Positions 19,627 through 27,906 of a stretch of DNA of 42,572 bases are shown here, piece by piece. The notes below the pieces were generated by a model. That model was not told where the DNA came from. It made no database searches and worked only from the letters and a program-made list of their open reading frames with translations. Origin of the DNA: an uncultured bacterium (GTDB lineage: Bacteria > Chloroflexota > UBA5177 > JANWHV01). The stretch is from assembly GCA_963729625.1 (NCBI GenBank), contig CAVSOU010000021.1, forward strand, positions 1 to 42,572, read 5' to 3'. Numbering within the stretch: position 1 is the stretch's first letter; each line of letters starts with the position of its first letter. The position numbers and the translations under genes were made by a program.

Positions 19627-20724
19627 ATGATTGCTGACCGGCTAAGACTTGCTCGACGCAAGGCCGGTTTGTCGCTGCGGGGGCTGGCAGCGGCCATGGA
19701 GGGTCGCGTGACTGCCCAGGCTATAGGCAAGTACGAGCGCGGCGAAGACGTGCCTAGTTCTGGCGTGCTCTCGGGCCTTGCTAAGGCACTAGGTGTATCT
19801 CTGACGTACTTGCTGGATACCCAGGGTGTTGAGCTTTCCGGGGTAGAATTCAGGACCAAAGCTAGCACTACGGCACAGGAGCGTGCAATGGTCGAAACGG
19901 AAGTGCTCGAAGGGATCGAGCGCTACCTCCAGATCGAGACTATCCTCGATCTGGACAGTGCCAAGTGGCACTGTCCGGTCAGTTGTCCACGCCAGCTGCA
20001 CCAGGTCAGTGAAGCAGAGATGCTCGCAAATGACGTGCGACGCACATGGGACCTAGGAGTGGACCCCATTCCCAACGTGACCGAACTGCTGGAAGAAAAG
20101 GGCCTCAAGGTACTAACCGTGCAGCTTCCACAGCGGGTATCTGGTTTGACCTGCCTCGTTGGACGTGGCTCCGGGCAACCCAAACTTCCGGTCATTGTCG
20201 TGAATAGCGTGTTCTCGCTTGAGCGCCGCCGGCTGACGCTAGCCCACGAATTGGCACATCGACTCATCGCCCCTGATAGTCTGGGGGAGAAGGACGAAGA
20301 GCACGCAGCTACCGTCTTTGCAGGGGCATTCCTCATGCCGGCCGAGCATCTGCGACGCGAGGTTGGCAAGTATCGGCGTTCCCTGGGCTATCGGGAGCTG
20401 GTGGATCTGAAGCGGCTCTACCGCGTGAGTGGGGTAGCACTCCTTATGCGGCTGCGCCAACTGGACGTCATCAGCGAATCGACCTTGGTGTACGCTTTTC
20501 AGTCCATCGCGCGAGGTTGGCGTACGCACGAACCGGAGGAGCTTGAGCCCGGAGACGCCCGAGGACAGCTCGAGCGCGCACAGCGCTTTGAACGACTCTG
20601 CTACCGCGCGCTTGCGGAAGAGCTGATTTCGCTGAGCAAGGCTGCCGAATTGCTCCGGGAGCCGGTCTCTGCAGTTGAGGCCGGGTTGAAAGGGCCGCAG
20701 GGTGCCGATGCGGATCGTCGTTAG
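19627..20724 (+). CDS. XRE-family HTH fused to an ImmA/IrrE (M78) metallopeptidase
   Basis: RLRLARRKAGLSLRGLA..QAIGKYERG HTH; RRRLTLAHELAH (HExxH) plus E.AATVFAGAFLMP. Confidence 0.92.
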   Translation: MIADRLRLARRKAGLSLRGLAAAMEGRVTAQAIGKYERGEDVPSSGVLSGLAKALGVSLTYLLDTQGVELSGVEFRTKASTTAQERAMVETEVLEGIERYLQIETILDLDSAKWHCPVSCPRQLHQVSEAEMLANDVRRTWDLGVDPIPNVTELLEEKGLKVLTVQLPQRVSGLTCLVGRGSGQPKLPVIVVNSVFSLERRRLTLAHELAHRLIAPDSLGEKDEEHAATVFAGAFLMPAEHLRREVGKYRRSLGYRELVDLKRLYRVSGVALLMRLRQLDVISESTLVYAFQSIARGWRTHEPEELEPGDARGQLERAQRFERLCYRALAEELISLSKAAELLREPVSAVEAGLKGPQGADADRR

Positions 20725-21232
20725 CGACACCAGTTGTTTGATTGACTTGAGGAAGGTGTCGCTGCTCGACACCTTCCTCAAACTGCCCTATGAAGTCCAG
20801 ATTCCGAACACACTCTTCGAGGATGAGCTGCAAAGCTTCAGCGATAATGAGAAGCAAGCGCTGGTGCATGGCGGGTTGAGAGTCATCGACCTCCCTGGTC
20901 AGCAGGTTTTGCGTGCCCAAGAAGTTGGGAGGAAGACGCCGCACCTGTCGGTTCACGATACGTTCGCCTTCGCCTTGGCTGAGAGCTGCCCAGGTTGCAT
21001 TCTGCTCACGGGGGACAACAAACTTCGTGCGCTGGGGAAGCAGCACGGCGTCGAGGTGCATGGCATCTTGTGGGCTGTCGACGAGCTACATAGAAACCAA
21101 CTGGCAACAGCAGCGATTCTCCTCACGGCATTGCAGCTCTTTGCGAACGACTCCACAGTGCGCTTGCCGCGCCATGAGGTAGCCGCCCATATCAGGCGCT
21201 ATCAAACAAGCGAAGTCAGCCCTGAACCCTGA
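20708..21232 (+). CDS. PIN-domain protein (DUF3368-like putative RNase)
   Basis: IVVSDTSCLIDL, LSVHD, LLTGDNKLR, VEVHGILW; overlaps the upstream gene. Confidence 0.85.
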   Translation: MRIVVSDTSCLIDLRKVSLLDTFLKLPYEVQIPNTLFEDELQSFSDNEKQALVHGGLRVIDLPGQQVLRAQEVGRKTPHLSVHDTFAFALAESCPGCILLTGDNKLRALGKQHGVEVHGILWAVDELHRNQLATAAILLTALQLFANDSTVRLPRHEVAAHIRRYQTSEVSPEP

Positions 21233-21802
21233 GGAGGGCGCCGCAGAGACCAGGCGCTGCGGCGCCGGTCACAGCGGCTTCTGCGTGGCACGGTGTCTGC
21301 AAGGATGCCGCATCGGACGCCATCGGCTCGGCAAGCTCGCCGAGGCGCCGAAGCGGGGGCTCTATGGACAAGCACAGCGGGGTGCGCCAAAAGAGACGCC
21401 AGCGCGCCACGTTCGTGCTCCATCTACCAACTGCGGTCCGAGCCATCGAGCGCCCGCACGCTGGCCTCGATGAAGCAGTGCCGGTCGTCGGCCAGCAGAT
21501 CCGCCTCAGCCAGGATCTCCTGGCAGATCGTGTTTTCTAGATCCTCCTCAGCAATCGCCTGTTCGCGACGCAGCAGCAGTTCTGGGGGCGAGGGGAGGCG
21601 CCGTCGAACGTGGCGCCCAAGCTGGCAGCCGAAGTGTGTCAGTTCGCGCTGTTGGGCTACCCACTGGCGATGGTCGAGCAGATTGGCGCGCGAGCCGAGG
21701 CAGCGCACTCAGAGGCGCTCAGGCTGCTCAATGCGAGGATCGAGCCGTCGGACTAGCAGGTACACTCGTGTCTGTCGCGCGTTCAGCTGAAAGGAGTGGA
21801 CC

Positions 21803-22186
21803 ATGCGCCGTATTCTGGCACTCTTCCTGGTCCTTTTCGCCTTGGTTCCCACTCACCACGCGGCGGCCGCCGGCCAGCTGCAGCTCGTGATCGAGCCCCG
21901 AGACGGCGTCGCCCCGCTTGTGTCGTTCATCGCTTCGGCGCAGGCGTTGGATGGCGAGGTTTATCTCGCGTCGTCGAAGCCGGTTCTGAGCGCGCTGGAA
22001 GCGGCAGCGGCGCGCCACGTGACGGTGCGCATCAATCTGGATCCGCATCCCTTTGGCACGAGCCCTACTGTGGTGAAGCGTCCGTACAACCAACTCGCGG
22101 CGCACGGCGTGCAGGTGCACTGGACGAGCAGCGTATTTGAGTTTTCTCACTTTTTCGGGGCGGATGTCAAGTCACAGCGCTTCTAG
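21803..22186 (+). pseudogene. secreted phospholipase D/cardiolipin-synthase-like protein, truncated at the first HKD motif
   Basis: RBS AAGGAG, signal peptide, VIEPRDG..LDGEVY..ALEAAAARHVTVRINLD..F.FSH; similarity stops at ~22150. Confidence 0.7.
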
Positions 22187-22560
22187 CCCGGCACAGGAGA
22201 ACAGGTCTAGCGTGCTGGTTAAAAGTGACGTCTGCCAACAGCACTCGTTGTGCGTGTTCAGCCGCATAGGCGCAGGTGCCCGGCTTCGGCCCTGTGTGGC
22301 ACCTCGTGCTGAAACGGTCGGCGAGTTCATCCACCTGCTCTAGGGAGCCGTTGTCTCGCTGCCTCGCCTTGACCCTCGTGTCACGAGGAAGCCGCCATCG
22401 CTTTGATCGCTTGCAACCTCCCGGCTGACTCGCCCCAGGGCCTCGGTGCACCGCTTGCCGGCGCCGGGCCCTGGGGCGGTCTGTGAGTAGCGCCAGAAAC
22501 ACGCTGCTCAGCGGCGAACGGTCGTGTGGACGATTGATCGCGGGCCGGTTCCGTCGAAGG

Positions 22561-23793
22561 CTATATGTGAATGGGGGTAACCGTGCCGTCGTCGTTATTG
22601 GCCACGTAGGCGGTCTTGCCGTCCGGCGTGATGGCGATGGCCGCAGGCGTGCTGCCAACCGTGATCGCGGGGCCGGCCGTGTTGGTGGCGGTGCTGATGG
22701 GGGTAACGGTACCCGAGTGTTCGTTGGCCACGTAGGCGGTCTTGCCGTTCGGCGTGATGGCGATGGGCTGAGGCGTGCTGCCAACGTTGATCGCCGGGCC
22801 GGCCGTGTTGGTGGCGGTGCTGATGGGGGTAACAGTACCCGCGGCGTTGTTGACCACGTAGGCGGTCTTGCCGTTCGGCGTGATGGCGATGGTCCAAGGC
22901 TGGTTGAGGTCGCCAACCTTGATCGCCGGGCCGGCCGTGTTGGTGGCGGTGCTGATGGGGGTAACCGTGCCCGAGTTCGAGTTGGCCACGTAGGCGGTCT
23001 TGCCGTTCGGCGTGATGGCGATGCAGCAAGGCGAGACGCCAACCTTGATCGCGGGGCCGGCCGTGTTGGTGGCCGTGCTGATGGGGGTAACGGTACCCGA
23101 GTTAAAGTTGACCACGTAGGCGGTCTTGCCGTCCGGCGTGATGGCGATACGCACAGGGTAGGCGCCAACCTTGATCGCCGGGCCGGCCGTGTTGGTGGCG
23201 GTGCTGATGGGGCTAACCGTGCCCGAGATCGAGTTGGCCACGTAGGCGGTCTTGCCGTCCGGCGTGATGGCGATGGCCCCAGGGTAGACGCCAACCTTGA
23301 TCGCCGGGCCGGCCATGTTGGTGGCGGTGCTGATGGGAGTAACGGTGTTGGACTTCGCGTTGGCCACGTAGGCGGTCTTGCCGTTCGGCGTGATGGCGAT
23401 GGGAAAAGGCACGTTGCCAACCTTGATCGCGGGGCCGGCCATGTTGGTGGCGATGCTGATGGGGGTAACGGTACCCGAGCCCGCGTTGACCACGTAGGCG
23501 GTCTTGCCGTTCGGCGTGATGGCGATACCATCAGGCCCGTCGCCGACCTTGATCGCCGGGCCGGCCGTGTTGGCGGCGGCATCGGCCACCCGACCGCTCG
23601 GCGCAGCGGACGCCACCGTAGCCGGGCCGACCAGCAACGTCGCGACGAGCACGCCCGCACCGGCGTATGGATGGGCCTGTGGCGGGAAAACGCGGGGATT
23701 GTCGTTGTGCGCCCGGGCGGCAGGGGCGGGTCCAAGGGCGAGGACGGCAAGCGTGACCACCAGCAACGCGACCAGCTTCCTCGTGCTTTTCAT
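22561..23793 (-). CDS. secreted YVTN/YncE-type beta-propeller with 8 near-identical blades
   Basis: RBS AAGGAG, signal peptide, then 8 copies of NTAGPAIKVGxxPxxIAITP(N/D)GKTAYV(A/V)NxxxGTVTPISTAT. Confidence 0.9.
   Translation of the reverse strand: MKSTRKLVALLVVTLAVLALGPAPAARAHNDNPRVFPPQAHPYAGAGVLVATLLVGPATVASAAPSGRVADAAANTAGPAIKVGDGPDGIAITPNGKTAYVVNAGSGTVTPISIATNMAGPAIKVGNVPFPIAITPNGKTAYVANAKSNTVTPISTATNMAGPAIKVGVYPGAIAITPDGKTAYVANSISGTVSPISTATNTAGPAIKVGAYPVRIAITPDGKTAYVVNFNSGTVTPISTATNTAGPAIKVGVSPCCIAITPNGKTAYVANSNSGTVTPISTATNTAGPAIKVGDLNQPWTIAITPNGKTAYVVNNAAGTVTPISTATNTAGPAINVGSTPQPIAITPNGKTAYVANEHSGTVTPISTATNTAGPAITVGSTPAAIAITPDGKTAYVANNDDGTVTPIHI
22570..23572. repeat. coding tandem repeat, ~126-bp unit x8
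   Basis: CCACGTAGGCGGTCTTGCCGT(C/T)CGGCGTGATGGCGAT recurs every 126 bp (one 132-bp unit). Confidence 0.95.
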
Positions 23794-24116
23794 GTCTTTC
23801 TCCTTCCTGCACGGCGCCGAGCACAAGAAACCCGGCGCACGACTATGCCGTCGTGGCCGGGTTCACCAGTTGCTCGCTGCAGTCCAGGGGTGACCAGACA
23901 AGAGCAGGCGTCAGCACAAGGGGAACGGTCTCGCCGCTCGCGGTGCTTGAGGCGTCGGACCCTTTCTAGGGCTGCAGGTCAGCGCATCCACTCCGACTCG
24001 ATCATAGACCTCGTGTCAAGCCACGGCTGTGTTGGCTTGTTCGCGACGTCAAGGCCGTCGCTGGCTCTTGCCGACGGCGTCAATCGAACACGCCGGCGAC
24101 ACCGTACCGGCAAGCG

Positions 24117-24629
24117 TCAGTCGGTTTCCTCTTGCCACAGCTTCTGCCGCAGGTGTTGCAGCTTGCTTTCGTAGCGACCGACCTCAGCTTCAAGGCGCAT
24201 GATCCTCTTGTCGGTTTCGGCGCGCTCCTCGACCACCTTGCTCATGCTTGCCTCCAGCGCTTCGCGCTTGGCCATCTCATCTCTTAGCCGCTGGACCAAC
24301 TGCGCCTTCTTGTAGTTGAGCAAAGGGTCCCGCGGCGCCGACAATTCCCCTGAGTGGCGTCTGCGTTTGCGTCGTGCCGCCAGGAAGCTGCTGTTGTCCC
24401 TAAACAGCTTGAGTGCCTCAGGATTCCTTGAGATCGTCGCATAGTCGAGGCCTGTAACGTCCCGGATGCTGCGAGCACTGATCGAGCGCTTCGGGCGAGC
24501 CTTGTTCAGCTCTTCAATGCCTTGTCGAAGGCGAGCGACCGTAGCCAGTTTTTCCTCTTCCGCATGCCGACGAAGGCCTGCCAGGCGAGACTTAGAATAG
24601 TCGCCTGACTTGCACGCACGCTTAGCCAT
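24117..24629 (-). CDS. TnpC/DUF6262-like accessory protein of a Tn554-type element
   Basis: Basic helix, HTH-like ISARSIRDVTGLDYATISRNPE, C-terminal coiled coil; overlaps the recombinase stop. Confidence 0.55.
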   Translation of the reverse strand: MAKRACKSGDYSKSRLAGLRRHAEEEKLATVARLRQGIEELNKARPKRSISARSIRDVTGLDYATISRNPEALKLFRDNSSFLAARRKRRRHSGELSAPRDPLLNYKKAQLVQRLRDEMAKREALEASMSKVVEERAETDKRIMRLEAEVGRYESKLQHLRQKLWQEETD

Positions 24630-25410
24630 GCAACTGCCTCCCACCATGCCCCGGTGATGGCAAGTCACGGAATACTGGCTTGAATCCCCTGTCCTCTTCT
24701 GCCTGCTTGTAGAGGCGCATCACGTTCAGAATGCCTTCCAACTCCTGGGCCTGTGCTTCCTGCTGCCGTGCGTCTCTGGTGTTGCCCGCGCTCCGCATTT
24801 GCGCTGCAAGCGACCGATAAAGGCCCAGCCAGTGCTCGGCCAGCACGATCTTGTCAGGGTTGGGCACCAGGTGCGGGCAGCCAATGCACAGGCCGCGATA
24901 GCTACCTCGAGGACAAAGACCGGGTCTCCCGCAGTACCCAAAGAACGTGGGACTGATGGTGCCCCAGCATTCAAAGTAGTTCTGCAGCTTCGTGTCCATG
25001 CGCGCGAGCATCACGTCGTCAGGCACGGCGATCTCCAGCGCGTCATCGGCTTTGGCCTCCAGGCTAAGCTGGAACTGCATGGCATAGCGCTGCCTCTCTG
25101 ATTCCGTCATGCCGCTGTAGTATTCGGTGGCTTCGCCCGCGACAAATCCACCCACGTCCGCTGCTGACCGCCCTGGCCGGTGGTGAAGAACCCAAGCCAC
25201 CACCTCGGCAGGTACCTGGAACTCTTGGCGCATGGTCGCTGCCATCACGTGGCGCAACAAATGGGCGTTCACGGAGATGCGCTCACCGTCCATCGTGGTC
25301 ATGTCGATCCCATGCAACACGAAGCGCATCAGTTTGTTCACGTCGGGTGGGTAGAGCACGCCAAGCCGCCCGTCTGGCGTCGCCGCCCACTGAAACACGT
25401 ACCGTTCGAG
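24622..25410 (-). pseudogene. C-terminal part of a tyrosine recombinase (Tn554 TnpB-like)
   Basis: NAHLLRHVMA, AWVLHH, ATEYY, Cys cluster C..PGLC....LCIGCPH; N-terminal part missing. Confidence 0.75.
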
Positions 25411-25692
25411 TGGTACACCTGCATCTACCGAATGGCGTGTATCAAGTGTCCATTCTTGATCGTGCAGGACCAGGCTTCCCTTATCCGCAGCCAAGACACG
25501 GTCGAAACATTTCTCAAGTCCGTGCAGCTTACGCCAGAGGAACTCGCTGCCGCCGAGGACGACCGTGACAAGATACAGGAGACAGTTGCGCGCACGGATG
25601 GGTTATCGCCACCGCGCACGCTCTATCAACGAGCCAAGGGCACGGGCACACGCGGCATTCCGCTCAAGGTGCTTCATCGAGATGACGTATAA
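25401..25692 (+). pseudogene. C-terminal tail of a second tyrosine recombinase on the opposite strand
   Basis: WYTCIYRMACIKCPF...VQLTPEELAAAEDD resembles the C.HRMAC..C.F / LT..E.AAV..D tail of large tyrosine recombinases. Confidence 0.55.
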
Positions 25693-25887
25693 TCCACAAG
25701 CGTGAGCGCTAGCCAACAGGCTGCACAGTTCGGTATCTGGACGCTTGCCTGCAATAGGTAACATTCCCCCCAAGGCCAGCGAAGAGCTTCGTGCCAAGCA
25801 GAGGCGGAAAGACTGGAGAACACCGCGACGTGGACGAACCGAAGGCGGGTCCGAGTGCGCTTGATCGCCGCGTACCCTTCGTCAGCG

Positions 25888-26132
25888 CCTACCTGCCCTT
25901 CTCGCAAACGGCGGCCGAGTTGCTCTCCCAGTTCTTCGCTGACCGCTGCGAGCGGGCCAGCGTGGGAATCACCTCGAATCTCGAGTTTGCCCAGTGGACG
26001 GAGGTCTTTGGCCCTGAGAGGATGACAGCAGCGTTACTCGATCGCTTGGTACACCGCTCGACGATTCTGCTGCTGGAAGGCGAGAGTTACCGCTTCCGGC
26101 AGAGTTTACGGCGGCAAGGCGAGGGGATGTGA
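25888..26132 (+). pseudogene. istB: second IS21 IstB C-terminal fragment
   Basis: YLPFSQTAAELL, ITSNLEFAQWTEVFG..MTAALLDRLVHR..GESYRF. Confidence 0.85.
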
Positions 26133-26460
26133 GCTACGGTGGCGTTGCTCGGACAGCGTCGATGGTGTGGCGACGCCTTCTCGCCCTCCCTGGTGGGTGG
26201 GCTCTCCGATCACATCGGCGCGGGGCACGCGGATACTCTGGGCCACCACCTGACCAGCCCTCTGGGATTCACCCTGCCGCCCGTGATCCTGGCCGCCGGT
26301 GTTGTCGCGACCAAGGGCCTGAGCTAGACGCATTAGCGCTCAGCCCGCGTTAGCCTGCGATGACGTGACGACGCCGCGACGGTACCGCCCTCAGCAGGCT
26401 GGGCGTCAGCGTCGGCCGCGCGACGGCAACGCCCCCACGCCTCGGCCGGCTGGGCGTCTA

Positions 26461-26568
26461 CTACATATTAAGGCCGCCTGAGGCTGCCAAAACGACCACC
26501 ACGGCGACAACGGCCACCGTGCCAACGCCGAGCAAGAACTTGAGCAAGAACTTGATTACGTTGCTCAC
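26461..26568 (-). CDS. 35-aa hydrophobic small protein MSNVIKFLLKFLLGVGTVAVVAVVVVLAASGGLNM
   Basis: GTG start preceded by GAGGAGGT; single predicted TM helix; double TAG stop; below the ORF-track length cutoff. Confidence 0.45.
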   Translation of the reverse strand: MSNVIKFLLKFLLGVGTVAVVAVVVVLAASGGLNM

Positions 26569-26675
26569 GCGACCTCCTCGCTGCTGACAGTAAATGCGGT
26601 CAGCGCGCCCAGGCAGACTCCCCCATCTACTGGCGTGCGCGAGGCAGGTCTCGCTCTCTTCGGCGTGGTTCTCAT
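26565..26675 (-). CDS. 36-aa small ORF MRTTPKRARPASRTPVDGGVCLGALTAFTVSSEEVA
   Basis: GGAGG 8 nt before the ATG; its TGA overlaps the next GTG (GTGA). Confidence 0.35.
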   Translation of the reverse strand: MRTTPKRARPASRTPVDGGVCLGALTAFTVSSEEVA

Positions 26676-27906
26676 GTTCGCGTCCTCCAGAATCCGCGGA
26701 ATCGGGCAGTAGCCGTTGCAGGTGCTCATCCTATCCGCACGCCCAGGCTAACGGTCGAAGCGCTCTCAACTCCAGGCCAAACACTGTACGAAACTCTCAC
26801 ATGGGCCGGGAATCGCGCTCAGCGCTTGGCGTGGGCAGTCACCGCCTCGCCTGGCGGCCCCATCTTAGTCCGATCGAGCGAGCTTGTCCATGGCTTGGGG
26901 CAATCACAGCGACCAGCTCGCGACCCTGACCGCGGCTGGCGCTAGCTCGCGTCGGCCCGCGAGGGTAACAGCGCGCACACGCCGTGCCTCGGCCGGCAGG
27001 GCGGCAACCTCAGCCGGCGTAGTAACGGAGTAATCCGGACTCTCTCCGGGAGCACAGCCGGTGCTCATCACATGCCAATCACCGACTACCATGACCAGAC
27101 TGTAGAGAAACGTCCCTCCGCCCGCGAGTCGCAAGAATACCCGGGGCGATGACCATCATCGGCATCGGGAGCCGTCCAAGCCACCGAAAAGGCGAAAACC
27201 GCCCATGGTTGGTGCAGACGAACTTCTCGTCGACCTAACATAGATAGCGCGTAGGCGTCGGCATGCTTGACAAACCTATTCCGCGTAACGGCGCCGGGGG
27301 CGGTGTGCAGCATCAGCGTGCGCTATGCCAGCGGCAGAGCACCGACGACCTATCCCGATCACAGTGCCACGGCGACCTCCAGCGGCACGATCACCGAGCA
27401 GGGCCAGTGGCATATGGAAGAGCAAGAGTAGCGGCGGCATGGTGTCGGCGAGCTGCTCGAGCAAGGGGACGTCGGCGGCGGGGACGTTCAGCTTCCAGAT
27501 TGGCTAAGGGACGGCTTGTATGGACGATCTGCCTGTGGGCAACTTGCGCGACGGCATTAAGGATTTCTTCCCGTGGGATCCACGGACCCCGCTAGCCGGC
27601 GTTCGCGCTGTCGGTAAGTACCTCTGGCCGCGACGCAAGTTTGTCGAGCCGTATGAGAATCGAGCCAGCGCCTGCACCGCGATCGTACAGAGTGTGCGGG
27701 TCGGGAATCTCGAGGTGGTGTTGACTGCGGGCTTTGGTCTGTGAGCGCGGCTGTGTGGAGGATGAAATAGGACAGAAACAGGGACGCGTGTGATGGCGCG
27801 GCTGACACACCCAGCATTTGTGCGCGGCGTCGCCTACGTGCTCAAGAGAATGACGATAATACAGTCATCCGGACTGAACCTTTCGCTTCCTCGAAGTAAG
27901 GTCGTG

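Noticed and set aside
3196-21426. Amber (TAG) recoding suggested by in-frame TAGs at ~3196, 11970, 14641 and 21424
   Set aside because: TAG ends several genes at their expected C-termini (IYD, AKR, Ubl, Ago YDYRLFI); no suppressor tRNA or pyl genes seen.
21233-21790. Short ORFs between the PIN and PLD genes, also 9390..9635, 26139..26327 and 27520..27744
   Set aside because: No recognisable motifs; probably fragments or spurious.
22205-22345. MITE bounded by CTAG sites
   Set aside because: The putative ends (CTAGCGTGCTGG vs CTAGAGCAGGTGG) are not convincing inverted repeats.
22570-23572. DGR-type diversification or CRISPR-like array in the propeller repeats
   Set aside because: Repeats are in-frame coding units, changes are not adenine-specific, and no reverse transcriptase or template repeat is in the window.
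22167-24174. Long ORFs 22483..24174 (+) and 22167..23750 (-)
   Set aside because: Shadow frames of the GC-rich propeller repeat; the YVTN frame has the RBS, signal peptide and family motif.
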